64,000 nt of DNA from an uncultured delta proteobacterium (lineage in GTDB: Bacteria; Myxococcota_A; UBA9160; UBA4427). The translations under genes were made by a program, and so were the position numbers. Of this stretch, positions 1 through 10,563 are shown piece by piece; position 1 is the stretch's first letter, and the number at the start of each line of letters is the position of its first letter. The stretch spans positions 704,001 through 768,000 of the forward strand of contig CAWGJT010000005.1 in assembly GCA_963822965.1 (NCBI GenBank). The letters run 5' to 3'. The notes under the pieces are model-generated. The model was not told the origin of the DNA. It did not search any database and was given only the letters and a program-made list of their open reading frames with translations.

Positions 1-3000
1 GTGCCGCCGGTCGTGGACGAGACGCCACCGGTCTGCAGCCTCGGCGCGGTGGACCCGGCCTCGGGCGCCTTCGAGGTGTGGGTCTCCGACGCGGGCGAGA
101 TCGCGGCTGCGCTGGCCATCCAGCGCACCAACGCCACCGCCACCGGCAGCGGCGGCGACAGCATCGAGACACTGCTGGAGTACACGAAGGACGACCCGGC
201 CCTGCCGGCCCAGGTGACCCTGCAGGTGGACGACCTCGCCGGCAACCGCAGCGTCTGCACCGTCTCCCCGGACGACGCGCGGGACGGCGACGGCGACGGC
301 GTGCTCGACGGTCTCGACGTCTGTCCCGACGTCTCGGACCCGGGCCAGGCGGACGCCGACGGCGACGGGGTGGGGGACGCCTGCGCCGGCGTGGACCTGC
401 CCGACCTGACCGGGCTCGGCGAAGCCGCGGCCGACGCGGCGCTCCAGACGCTGGGGCTCCGGGTGGGGGACCTGGCCTTCGCATCCCGCCCGGAGATTCC
501 AGCGGGCGCGGTCGTCGCGCAGCGTCCCGCAGCGGGCGAGCTGGCGCCGCAGGGCGCCCCCGTCGATCTGGTGCTCTCGACGGGAGCGCCGCAGGTGGAG
601 GTGCCGGACCTGGCGGGGCACGACCGCGCCGCCGCGCTGCTGGCCATCGAGGAAGCCGGACTCGTCGCCGGCAGCGTAATCGACGCCCACGATCCCGCGG
701 TGCCCGAAGGCCAGGTGGCGAGCCAATCGCCCGGCGCGGGCGCGAACGCGGAAGCCGGCTCCCCCGTGGACTTCGTGGTCTCGCTGGGCCCGCTCATCGT
801 CACCGTGCCGAGCTTCCTCGGCCTCGACCCCGCGGCGGCCGAGGCGGCGGTGCTGGCGGCGCAGCTCTCCTTCGGCGGCCTGATTCCCGTGAACAGCCCG
901 ACGGCGCCGGAAGGCTTGATCTTCTTCCAGAACCCGCTGGCAGGCGCCGAGGTCGTGGCCGGCACGTCCGTACAGCTCGCCGTCTCCCTGGGGCCGGTCC
1001 TCACGACGGTGCCGGGTGTCGTGGGCCAGGATCGGGCGAGCGCCGAGGCAGCGCTCGCCGCCGCCAGCCTCTTCCTGAGCCGCATCACCTCGGTCACGGA
1101 TCCCGCGCCGCAGGGGCAGGTGATCGGACAGAGCCTGGCCGCCGGGAGCGAGGTGCCGGTGGACTCGGCGATCGAGATCACGGTGTCCCTCGGCCCCGCG
1201 GCCAGCTTCGTCGACCTGCCCGACCTCGCGGGCGTGGCCCAGGCCGCCGCCGAGGCGGCGTTGGTGAACGCCGGCCTGAACGTGGGGACCGTGACCCCCG
1301 TCTTCAGCGACACGGTGGCCGCCGGACTCGTGGTCGACCAGTCGCCGCCCGGCGGATCCTCGTTGGCCACGGGCTCGAGCGTGGATCTCAGCGTGTCCCG
1401 CGGGCCCGAGTTCTATCCAGAGTTCGCGATCCGCAAGATGGCGCCGCCCAGCGTGCAGGGCGGAAGCCGCTTCAGCTACGCGATCGAGTTCTCCCACACG
1501 GGCACCTCGACGGTCGGCGACGCCGTGGTGACCGACTTCCTCCAGCCGAGCCTGGCCTTCGTCGCCGCGTCCGACGGCGGCACCTACAGCCCGGGGACGC
1601 GCACCGTGACCTGGCCGGTGGGCACCTTCGCTCCCGGTGAGGCCGGCGCGCGCACCCTCACGGTGCAGGCCACCTGCACGGCGGGCAGCGTATTCAACTC
1701 GGCCCGCATCGTCGGCGGGGGCGTCGCGCGCCAGAGCTTCAACGCCTTCACCAACATCACCGCAGCGCCGCCCGGCCCGGTGCAGGTCGAGGTGGAGACC
1801 ACGCCCGAGCGCAGCTCCGCTCCGCCCGGGCGACGCCATCCGCTACACGATCCGCGTCACCAACCCCCAGGCCACCGCCCACGAGAGCGTCAGCATCGCG
1901 CTGCGGGCCGACGCCGGCAGCGCATTCGAGACGCTGGTGCAGGACGGTGGCGGCACGGTGGAGGTGCTCGCCCAGGACGACCGCTTCTGGACCTGGCATG
2001 GCCGGCTGCCCGCGCAGGCCACGACCACCATCGAGATCCTGGCGCGGGTGGACGCGTGCCTCGAGCCCACGAAGCAGACGATCCAGCTCGCCGACTTCCT
2101 GGTCTCCAGCACCTGCAGCGGCGTCCTGGCCGCGGTGGACCTCGCGAGCCTTCCCGCGGTGCCGGTGCGCCTCCCGGTGGTGGCCTCGCTCTCGGCGCCT
2201 GGCCCGCCGCCGGTGATCGACGACGGGGACCCCGCCGTCCCGAGCGGCTCCGACCTGCAGCCCGTGCGCCGCGGCAGCCCGGCGACCGTGGTGCTCTCCA
2301 TCGCCAATCGGAGTGACGGCGCACAGCCCAGCGTCGACGTCTCGCTGCCGATTCCTGCCGGCCTCGTGCCCGCAGCGGACCCGCCCTTCCTGGCGCCGGT
2401 GGATCCGGGCGCCGACTTCGACGCCGCGACCGGCACCGTGTCCTGGAGCGGCGCCCTGGGCTTCGGGGAGACCGTCGAGGTGGCCTTCCAGGTGATTCCG
2501 GACCCGGCGGGAGCGTGCCGCGAGCGCCTCTCCGTGCGGGGCGGGGCGGGCGCGTGCAGCAGCGACATCGCCGCCGACTTCACGTTGCTCCCGGTGCCGG
2601 CGACCCCGAGCGGCCCCTACCTGATGGGCGTGGACCTTCTCGAAGGGCTCTGGCAGTACCGGCCGGAGGCGGACCCGGCGCCCGAGCCCCTCCTCTGCGT
2701 GATTCCCGAGATCCTGCTGGGCCTCGCCCAGGGGCCCGATGGCGAGACGTGGGTGGCGGGCCTGCCGACGCTTCGCTTCGACCCGGGAACCCTCGCGCTG
2801 GAGTTCTTCCCCAAGTCGTTCTACGACGTCGTCGGCCGGGGCGGCACCACCGACGTGGTGTACGACCCCACGACCGCCACGCCTTCCCTGGTCTTCACCG
2901 CGCGCAACCCGACGGGCGTCTGGCGCTACGACCTCGAGACTCGAGAGGTGACACCCGTCCCCGTGGATCCCGGTCTGGGCAATCTGCGGAGGCTGGAGAT

Positions 3001-3898
3001 CGACGACGGCGGAAGGCTCTGGATCCTCGCCGACGTGGGCATCGTGCGCTTCGACCCGGCGAGCGGCGTCACCGACCGCTTCCCCGCACCGGGGGTGGAC
3101 TTCTCCTTCGACACGGTGCCGCTGGGAAGTCCGGGCGGCGGTGGGCTCGTCGCCTTCGACCTGACAGCGGCCGGTGACGCGGTGGCTCTGGAGGAGAGCT
3201 CCTTCATCGCACCGCCCTTCGAGGTCACCACCCTCGTCTCGCTGCTGAGCTTCGATCCGGCGACGGGCGGCTACGGGCTGGTGGACGAGCTGCTTGCCGC
3301 ACGCCTCCAGTCCTCGACGCCGCCGGCGCCCCCGCTGCCGGCCTTCCTCGACCCCCTCCTGTCCGGCGACGAGCCCCAGGGCTACCGAGCCGCGGCCATC
3401 GGCCCCGACTCGGCCGTCTACGTGGCCGCACGCGGCATCGGCCGCGTCCAGCGCGGTCCCGTGATCAGCGGCGAGGAGCTGGTGGCGACGGACCCCGAGC
3501 GCCGCACCAGCGACATCGAGTGGGTGACCCCCGGCGCGCCCTGCCGGAACCCGGGGGATCTGGCCGCCCGGCCCAAGCCCGGCAAGGTGGACCTCACCTG
3601 GACCCCGACCCGCCTCGCCCGCTACGACGTCCTGCGAGGAGCGCAGCCCGCCGGGCCCTTCACGCAGATCGGCAGCGCCACCGGCGGCGTCTTCGTCGAC
3701 TTCGAGGTCGCCGAAGGCGAGACCTGGTACTACAGCCTCGACGTCGTCTGCCTGGACGGCACCGGCTTCCCCGGCGACGTCGTGCAAGCCGACGTGCCGA
3801 CCGGCGACGGCCGCGGCGCCTGCGGCCTGATCGGCATCGAGGTGCTGGGGGTGATCCCGTTCCTGCGCCGCCGCCGCGGCGACCGGCCCGGACGCTGA
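1..3898 (+). CDS. Large surface protein (5' partial): TSP3-like Ca-binding motif, five PASTA repeats, DUF11-like domains, propeller-like region, FN3-like domain, C-terminal sorting signal; +1 frameshift near 1810-1820
   Basis: Frame of ORF 1..2316 gives DGDGDGVLDGLDVCPDVSDPGQADADGDGVGDAC, five V.VPDL.G...VSLGP repeats (about 391-1407) and a DUF11-like segment up to about 1810. Sensible protein continues in the frame of ORF 1637..3898 (APLRPGDAIRYTIRVTN...) and ends GACGLIGIEVLGVIPFLRRRR. Confidence 0.8.
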
Positions 3899-4992
3899 CC
3901 CGGGCTTCTCGCTGCGAGCCGGGCGCCGTCCGATCGAGCCCGGGCCCGCCAGCCCCCGAGCAGCGCAAGCGAGAGCGCGAGGCCGACGCCACCCGCCCGC
4001 GAGAGCGTCGGGACGGGCACGGGCACGGGGAGGTCGGCCACCACCGTGTGGGACAGGCGGCGGATCTTGAACGTGACGTCGGTCGCCACGCCGTAGGGGA
4101 TCTCGAACGTGAAGGAGGCATCGGGACCGACGCCGCGCAACACCTCTTCGGGCTGGAAGTCGAGCCCCTGCAGACTCACGGGGTCGGGACCGCCGTCGAA
4201 CACGAAGGCGTCGACCTTCGGTCCGTCGGTCGAGGTGATCTCGAGCATGCCCGTCTGGACGTTCTTCTCCATCGTCCAGCCCCAGGTCGTGCCGTCGGGT
4301 CCTTCGATCTCGAAGACGCCGTCCTGCATGGGAACCGGCCCGCCGATCCCCCAGGCCAGGCTCGAGAAGGCGAAGTCCATGCGCAGCACCGCGTTCTCGC
4401 TCGGGGGCGGACCCTGGGGCGGGTCGGCCAGCAACGTGAGCGTCCAGACCAGCTCGTGAATCAGCTTGACGTTCGGGCGCTCGCTCGCCGCAGCCGCGTT
4501 CACTACCGCTGCGTCCTCGTGGAATTCGAAGTACAGATTCTCGAAGTAGGAGCTCGCGGACGTCGCGCTATGGACGTAGCCGCCGTTCTGGAAGACGAAG
4601 TCGATCCCGGCGCTGGACTGGGTCTTGCCCCCGGGCTCGTGCTTCTCCTCGCTCTTCTCCTCTCCGCCCTCGGGAGGTGGCCCGTCCTCGCCGGAGCTGA
4701 CGGGCTGCCCGACGGTCGAGAACTCGTCCTGGAGGGCGCTGCCGAGGGCGGTCAGGGGCGCGATCACCACCACCGCGACCAGCGCCGCGATGAGACCGTA
4801 TTCGATCGCCGTGCTGTCACCCGCCTGGGGCGCCCCGGCGCGCTCGATGGGCGCGGACGTGGAGGCATCCCGGATGGGACCCGCCGCGAGGGACGCGCGA
4901 GCGGGGGCGAGCAGCGAGAGCCCGAGCGCGAGGACGAGGCCGAGGCCGAGCCCGCCGCGAGGGCTGAGGGTGGTGCCAGAAACGCCGGGCAT
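3730..4992 (-). CDS. Secreted hypothetical protein with internal Flp-pilin-like segment and IPTL-CTERM-like sorting signal
   Basis: ATG at 4992 with GAGGT upstream; signal peptide (GLGLVLALGLSLLAPARA); GDSTAIEYGLIAALVAVVVIAPLTALG; VPTLSRAGGVGLALSLALLGGWRARAR. True 3' end uncertain because it overlaps the convergent gene. Confidence 0.65.
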   Translation of the reverse strand: MPGVSGTTLSPRGGLGLGLVLALGLSLLAPARASLAAGPIRDASTSAPIERAGAPQAGDSTAIEYGLIAALVAVVVIAPLTALGSALQDEFSTVGQPVSSGEDGPPPEGGEEKSEEKHEPGGKTQSSAGIDFVFQNGGYVHSATSASSYFENLYFEFHEDAAVVNAAAASERPNVKLIHELVWTLTLLADPPQGPPPSENAVLRMDFAFSSLAWGIGGPVPMQDGVFEIEGPDGTTWGWTMEKNVQTGMLEITSTDGPKVDAFVFDGGPDPVSLQGLDFQPEEVLRGVGPDASFTFEIPYGVATDVTFKIRRLSHTVVADLPVPVPVPTLSRAGGVGLALSLALLGGWRARARSDGARLAARSPGQRPGRSPRRRRRNGITPSTSMPIRPQAPRPSPVGTSACTTSPGKPVPSRQTTSRL

Positions 4993-5077
4993 GCCGTGGA
5001 CCTCGGAGGGCGGGCGCGGAGCAGCATACATCACGCGACCCGGACTCCGGCGGTCGATCGCGCCGCAGTACGGAAAT

Positions 5078-5713
5078 TCAACGACTGTCGTCGCGGATCC
5101 AGCCGTCGAGTCGGAGGGAGAGCTCGTCCAGCATCTCGCGCCGCGTGACGTCGCCGGGCGGGTCGAGCAGCAGCTGGAGGATGGTCGACGTGACGAGATT
5201 CACCACCAGGTGCAGCGTCGCGTCGGAGAAGTCGGGCCGAACGAAGCCGCCGGCGTGGTCGCGAACGCGCCGGGACAGGTCCAGCAGCCGCTCGCCAACC
5301 GCCTTCACGGGCTCCAGCTCGTCGGTGTACGGCACCTGGTAGACGAAGACGGCGACGAGCGCCTTCTCGCGGGCCATGGTGTCGTGGATCCACTGGATCC
5401 AGCGACGCATGACGCCGGCCTCGTCGCCTCGGGTCACACGCGCCGCGCCGGTGGCGAGCTGCTCGAGAACCCGCCCCACCAGGCGCTCGGCCACCTGCGC
5501 CACGATGGCGTCCTTGCCCGGGAAGTACTCGTAGAGCGAGGCGATGTTGACGCCGGCCCGGTCCGCGATGTGGTTGGTCGTGGTCCGCTCGTAGCCCCGC
5601 TCGGCCAAAAGCAAAGCAGCGGCCTCCACGATGGCCTCGAAGGTGTCGCGCGAGCGCCGCTGCCGCGGAAGCTTTCTCGGACGGAAATCGGGAAGTTGCG
5701 GGGGCGATCGCAT
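5078..5713 (-). CDS. TetR/AcrR family transcriptional regulator
   Basis: RKLPRQRRSR...TTTNHIADRAGVNIASLYEYFPGK TetR HTH; start placed at ATG 5713. Confidence 0.9.
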   Translation of the reverse strand: MRSPPQLPDFRPRKLPRQRRSRDTFEAIVEAAALLLAERGYERTTTNHIADRAGVNIASLYEYFPGKDAIVAQVAERLVGRVLEQLATGAARVTRGDEAGVMRRWIQWIHDTMAREKALVAVFVYQVPYTDELEPVKAVGERLLDLSRRVRDHAGGFVRPDFSDATLHLVVNLVTSTILQLLLDPPGDVTRREMLDELSLRLDGWIRDDSR

Positions 5714-5738
5714 GTGCGGCCGGGCTCCGGGGGAATCC

Positions 5739-5760
5739 GAGCAAATCCTAGCATTTACTT
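5739..5760. promoter_or_regulatory. Candidate TetR operator (imperfect palindrome)
   Basis: AT-rich AAATCCTAGCATTT (5743-5756, 12/14 self-complementary) between divergent tetR and DUF2236 genes. Confidence 0.45.
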
Positions 5761-5798
5761 GGATACAATCGGAGGGTCCTTTTCCGGAGGTACCCACG

Positions 5799-6776
5799 AT
5801 GACCACCCCTTCCAGCGAGACGGCGCCGGGATTCGCGTTGCGCGGCCGGATCGCGCGCTTCCAGCAGGACCTCGCACGGGAGATCGAGACCGCGGGCGGA
5901 CGCCATGACGAGCCCGAAATCTACGAGGGACCGCCCGGCGACCCGGGGCTGGCCGGCGGCCCCGAGAGCCTCTCCTGGGAGATCCACGGAGACCTCGCGA
6001 CCGTCGTCGTCGCCGGGACTTCGGCCATCCTGATGGAGGTGCTGCACCCGTCGGTGATGGCGGGTGTCTTCACGCAGTCGTCCTACCGCACGCAGACGCT
6101 CCGGCGCGCCCAGAACACGCTGGGCTATGTGCTCCGCACGACCTTCGGCAGCACCGAGGGCGCCACGCGCGTGATCGAGCGCGTGAAGACGGTGCACGGA
6201 CGCATCCAGGGACGGCGCCCCGACAGCGTCCCGTATCGCGCGCTCGACCCGGAGCTCATCGCCTGGGTCCACACGTGCATCCCCTGGGCCGTGATGACGG
6301 CCTACGACCGCTACCGACGGCCCCTCAGCGTCGAGGAGAAGGACCGCTACCTGAAGGAGCAGGCGGTGATCGGCCGCATGGGCGGTGCCGACTGGGTGCC
6401 GGAGACGGTGTCGGAGCTCGAGGACTACGTGGAGCGGATGCGCCCCCTGATGAGCATGAACGAGCAGACGCGCAGCTTCCTCTCGTTCCTCGCGGGCACC
6501 AGCGACGATCTCGAGACCAGCCGGCGCGAACGCCTGGATCGCTGGCTGTCCATTCGCGCCTCGATGAGCCTGATGCCCGAATGGGCCCGGAAGCTGACCG
6601 GCACCCACCAGCCCGAGCTCGCCGTGCGCCTCGCGCTCGCGCCGACGGACCGCCTCCGCGCCCGGCTCGTCCGGTGGGCCTACCCGGAGCCGCCGTGCAA
6701 GCGGATGGCGCTCGCGCGCGCACGGGCAGCCGACTGGCCCGGACCCGAAGCGGAGCTCTCGCAGCGCGCTTCCTGA
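5799..6776 (+). CDS. Oxygenase MpaB / DUF2236 family protein
   Basis: GGAGG RBS then ATG 5799; LMEVLHPSVMAGV, VHGRIQG, YRALDPELIAWVH motifs. Confidence 0.85.
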   Translation: MTTPSSETAPGFALRGRIARFQQDLAREIETAGGRHDEPEIYEGPPGDPGLAGGPESLSWEIHGDLATVVVAGTSAILMEVLHPSVMAGVFTQSSYRTQTLRRAQNTLGYVLRTTFGSTEGATRVIERVKTVHGRIQGRRPDSVPYRALDPELIAWVHTCIPWAVMTAYDRYRRPLSVEEKDRYLKEQAVIGRMGGADWVPETVSELEDYVERMRPLMSMNEQTRSFLSFLAGTSDDLETSRRERLDRWLSIRASMSLMPEWARKLTGTHQPELAVRLALAPTDRLRARLVRWAYPEPPCKRMALARARAADWPGPEAELSQRAS

Positions 6777-6977
6777 GCCATACCGCGTCGGTGTCGCGAG
6801 GTGGATCCCGGGGCGATTCGGATGCCCCCCGCGACGGCTTCCGGTCTACAATGCGGCCATGCCCGGCCGAGTCCTGGAGCCTTGGCCCGTGCCCTGCCCG
6901 CAGGTGTGCCGGTACCGCCGGTCCGCCGAGAAACCGGCGGCCGGCAGGGACGGCGCGAGCCGCAAAGGAGGATGTCC

Positions 6978-7859
6978 GTGTCGAAGGGGAGCTCCCACCG
7001 GGTGCCGGTGCCCGACCGGCGAACGCGCTACGAGACCTTCGAGCTCCGCACCCTGACCCCGCATCTGGGCGCCGAGATCCGGGGGCTCGACGTCTCGCAA
7101 CCCCTCGCCGACGAGCAGGTCGTGGAGCTGCAGCAGGCGTTCCTCGACTGGATGGTCCTGGTGATCCGCGACCAGCACCTGACCCGCGACGACCACAAGG
7201 CGTTCGCGCGCCGCTTCGGCAGGCTCCACGTCCATCCCATGCACGGCGGCGGACATCGCGGCGGGGATCCGGAGATCCTCCCCGTCGTGACCAACGCCGA
7301 CGTCGCCTATACCGCGGGAGACGGCTGGCACACGGACGTGACCTGCGACGAGATCCCGCCGCTGGGCTCGATGCTCTACGTCACGGAGACGCCCGCCTGC
7401 GGCGGGGGCGACACCCTCTTCGCCGACATGTACCTGGCCTACGAGCTGCTCTCGGACACCCTGAAGCGATTCCTCGAGCCCCTGGAGGCGGTCCACGACG
7501 GAGCGATCCCCTACGTGGGCGCCTACCGGACGAAGCCTCCCGAGGGTGGGTATCCGCGAAACCGCCACCCGGTGATCGCGCGACACCCCGAGACCGGTCG
7601 CCGGGTCCTCTACGTGAACAGCGGCTTCACCTCCCACATCGTCGGCCTCCATCCCGCCGAGAGCCGCGCGATCCTCGACATGCTGTATCAGCACATCGCC
7701 ACGACCCCGCGTCTCCACTGCCGGGTGGAGTGGCAGCCGAACACGCTCACCTTCTGGGACAACCGCTGCACGCAGCACCACGCCGTCTGGGACTACTACC
7801 CCTACTCGCGCCGCGGCGAGCGCGTCTCGATCGTCGGCGAGAAGCGTCCCGGCCGCTGA
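6978..7859 (+). CDS. TauD/TfdA family Fe(II)/2-oxoglutarate dioxygenase
   Basis: LTPHLGAEIRGLD, WHTDVT (HxD), GGDTLFADM, WDNRCTQHHA; AAGGAGG RBS at 6965-6971 (start 6972 ATG or 6978 GTG). Confidence 0.9.
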   Translation: MSKGSSHRVPVPDRRTRYETFELRTLTPHLGAEIRGLDVSQPLADEQVVELQQAFLDWMVLVIRDQHLTRDDHKAFARRFGRLHVHPMHGGGHRGGDPEILPVVTNADVAYTAGDGWHTDVTCDEIPPLGSMLYVTETPACGGGDTLFADMYLAYELLSDTLKRFLEPLEAVHDGAIPYVGAYRTKPPEGGYPRNRHPVIARHPETGRRVLYVNSGFTSHIVGLHPAESRAILDMLYQHIATTPRLHCRVEWQPNTLTFWDNRCTQHHAVWDYYPYSRRGERVSIVGEKRPGR

Positions 7860-7862
7860 GGC

Positions 7863-8627
7863 TCAGCCTCGGGCGTCGTCGGCCCGCACCAGCGGGAAGC
7901 GCCTTCGCGTGAACCAGAGCACGCCGAGCATGTCGACGAAGGGTCGCCAGAAGAAGTGCCGCAAGCCGTAGCTCGAGCGGCCGCCCTGGCGGACGCGGTG
8001 GTTCACCGGGGTCTGCGCGAGCCGGAAGCCGGCGGCCTTCGCGAGCGCGGGCATGAACGAATAGAGGGAGCGGATGGGAATGAACGAGGCGACCACCTCG
8101 CGGCGAAACACCTTGGTCGCGCACCCGCTGTCTCGCATGCCGTCGCCCAGGACCGCTCCGCGCACCCCGTTCGCCAGCCTCGACATGCCCCGCCGCAGCC
8201 CCGAATCGCGCCGCGCGCTGCGGATGCCCACCACCATGTCGCTGTCGGCCAGCAGCTCGAAGAGGCGCAGCAGGTCGGCCGGATCGTTCTGACCGTCTCC
8301 GTCGAGGGTGCCGACGACCTCGCCTCGCGCCGCCTGGAGACCGCGCAGCAGGGCCGCGGCCTGTCCCTGGTTCGAGCGGTTGGTGAGGACGCGGAAGCGC
8401 GGGTCGGCTGCGGACTCGGCCGCCAACAGCTCGGCGCTCCGGTCGGTGCTGCCGTCGTCGACCAGGACCACCTCCGCGACTCGGCCGAGCGCGTCGAGCA
8501 CGCTGCGAATCTCCGCGCAGAGCTGCGAGATGCACGCCTCCTCGTTGTAGAACGGAACCACCACGGAGAAGGCGATCGGTGTGGGCCGGCGATCGGCGTC
8601 CGTCTCGCCTCGCTCGTCGCTCGTCAC
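7863..8627 (-). CDS. GT2 family glycosyltransferase (ArnC/DPM1-like polyprenol-phosphate glycosyltransferase)
   Basis: SVVVPFYNEE, VDDGSTD, LDGDGQNDP, DSGC motifs. Confidence 0.9.
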   Translation of the reverse strand: MTSDERGETDADRRPTPIAFSVVVPFYNEEACISQLCAEIRSVLDALGRVAEVVLVDDGSTDRSAELLAAESAADPRFRVLTNRSNQGQAAALLRGLQAARGEVVGTLDGDGQNDPADLLRLFELLADSDMVVGIRSARRDSGLRRGMSRLANGVRGAVLGDGMRDSGCATKVFRREVVASFIPIRSLYSFMPALAKAAGFRLAQTPVNHRVRQGGRSSYGLRHFFWRPFVDMLGVLWFTRRRFPLVRADDARG

Positions 8628-10378
8628 GGCCGACTCCCGCTCGAGCCGTCTCGCTCCGCCCCCGGGCGCACCACCCAGGCGTGGTACTTGCCGCCGTCGA
8701 TCTCGCGGTATCCGTTCGCGCGCAGCACCGCGCCGACGGGCCCGGCGTCACGACCCGTGACGAAGATTCGCGGGCGAGCGTCCCCGGCGAGGACTTGCTG
8801 CCAGTAGTCCTCGCGTCGCAGCGTTCCGGGCGCGCCGTCGACGAGCGCGTCGTACGCCAGGCTGATCGAGTTCGACCGCAGCTGTCGCCCGTCCGGGCTC
8901 GACAGCACCAGCGGGCGACCCAGGTAGAACATCGCGGACAGGGGGTCGGCCTGGATGCCGACGATCTCCGTGCGTTCGTCGAGCTGCGGCTCGATCGCAC
9001 GCACGAGGCCGCGTCCCGAATGCGTCTCCGCCACCTCCGCCAGCACGTCGCGTGCCAGCCAGGGGAAGAGGAGGACGGGCGCCGCCAGTGCCCACGCCGC
9101 CCGGCCGGGAGAACGGCGCAGGGTCCAGGCGAGCAGACCGGACAGCCCGGCAACGCCGGCGAGCCCCCGGGCGAACCCGAACGCCTCCGGGAACGGAGCC
9201 GCGAGATGCGTCAGGAAGGCGTTGGCGCGGAGCGAGAAGAAGGCGCTCGTCGCTCCGACGACGAGCCAGCCGACGGCGGCGGGTCGGACGCCCAGCCCCT
9301 TCTCGCGAAGCGCGTGCGCCTGCCAGGCGACCATCAGCGCCAGCGCCGGCAGCAACGGCACGAGGTACTGGGGGCGCTTGGATCGAACGACGGAGAAGAA
9401 GAGCAGGGGCACCAGGAACCAGAGCGCCAGGAAGACGAGCGTGCGGCGCGTCTCGGGGCTCTCGTGCGACCGAGCCACCGCCCTCCGCACACCCGAGAGG
9501 GCGATCCAGGACCAGGGGAAGGCCGCGACGATGACGAGCGGAACGAAGTACCAGAAGGGCTCGGTCCGATGGAGCCGGTTGGTCGCGATCCGGGCGAAGG
9601 TCTCGGTGACCAGCGCGTAGCGGAGGAAGCCCGGTGCACGGTGCTCGAGAACGGCGAGCCAGGGGACGAGGACGGCGACGAGCAGCATCGGCCCCCCCGG
9701 CCACCAGACGGCCTTCGATCTCCGAAGCCAGGCGGCGTAGGGGACGACGACCAGGAGCGGCACCATCAGGGCCACCGGTCCCTTGACCAGCACGCCCAGG
9801 GCCACGGCGGCCCAGGCGGCGACGTTCCAGGCCCGGAAGCGAGCCGGACGTTCGCCGCCGTGGGCCTCGACGCAGCGTTCGAACGACAGGATCGCCGCCA
9901 CGACGAAGAAGCTGAGACAGGAGTCGAGGATGGCGATGCGGGCGAACACGAGGAAGAGCGGCATCGAGGCGCAGGCGAGGGCGGCGATCCGGGCGGGCGC
10001 CGCGCCGAACTTCCGGCGTGCCTCGCCGAAGACCATGCCGACGATGCCCAGGGCGAAGACCGCCGACGGGAGCCGGGCGGCCAGCTCGTCGGGCCCGAGC
10101 CAGCGGATCGAAGCCGCGGCCGCCGCGAAGTACAGGAACGGCTTGTCGAGGAACGGCAGGCCGGCGAGCGTCGGGAGCAGGTAGTCGCCCGAGCGCGCCA
10201 TCTCGAGGGAGATCAGCGCGTTGCGGCCCTCGTCGGGGTCGAACAGGGGCCACGTGCCGAGCAGCGTGCAGAACGCGAGCACGACGGCCACCGCCACCGC
10301 CACGTTGGCGAGCGCGCCGCCCGCACCTTCCGGCGCATCGTGCGTGCCTTCCACCCCCTGGCGGCGATACGCCTCCAC
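8624..10378 (-). CDS. ArnT/GT39 family membrane glycosyltransferase
   Basis: FDPDEGRNA...EM, DKPFLY, ARLPSA, LVKGPVAL, SKRPQYL; many TM helices; coupled to the GT2 gene. Confidence 0.85.
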   Translation of the reverse strand: MEAYRRQGVEGTHDAPEGAGGALANVAVAVAVVLAFCTLLGTWPLFDPDEGRNALISLEMARSGDYLLPTLAGLPFLDKPFLYFAAAAASIRWLGPDELAARLPSAVFALGIVGMVFGEARRKFGAAPARIAALACASMPLFLVFARIAILDSCLSFFVVAAILSFERCVEAHGGERPARFRAWNVAAWAAVALGVLVKGPVALMVPLLVVVPYAAWLRRSKAVWWPGGPMLLVAVLVPWLAVLEHRAPGFLRYALVTETFARIATNRLHRTEPFWYFVPLVIVAAFPWSWIALSGVRRAVARSHESPETRRTLVFLALWFLVPLLFFSVVRSKRPQYLVPLLPALALMVAWQAHALREKGLGVRPAAVGWLVVGATSAFFSLRANAFLTHLAAPFPEAFGFARGLAGVAGLSGLLAWTLRRSPGRAAWALAAPVLLFPWLARDVLAEVAETHSGRGLVRAIEPQLDERTEIVGIQADPLSAMFYLGRPLVLSSPDGRQLRSNSISLAYDALVDGAPGTLRREDYWQQVLAGDARPRIFVTGRDAGPVGAVLRANGYREIDGGKYHAWVVRPGAERDGSSGSRP

Positions 10379-10524
10379 CGCGCGATGGTAGATAGCTCCG
10401 TCGCCCGTCGCCCGTCGCCCGGCCGCTCGGTCCTCGAGAGGCGTCGCTGCGGCGGCGCCCGGCAGGCAGGCGGCAGGCAGGCGGCAGCGGATGTGCAGGA
10501 ACGGCCGGGGCGGAGCCGGAGCAG

Positions 10525-10553
10525 CTAATCCGATTCGCCAGCACTGCCGATCA
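10525..10553 (+). promoter_or_regulatory. Candidate sigma28 (FliA)-type promoter
   Basis: CTAAT-N16-GCCGATCA just upstream of ATG 10564. Confidence 0.35.
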
Positions 10554-10563
10554 GTTGGCTGTC

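Noticed and set aside
10399..10487. Short tandem repeats (CGTCGCC x3; CGGCAGGCAGG x2.5)
   Set aside because: Low-complexity GC-rich repeats with no evident function
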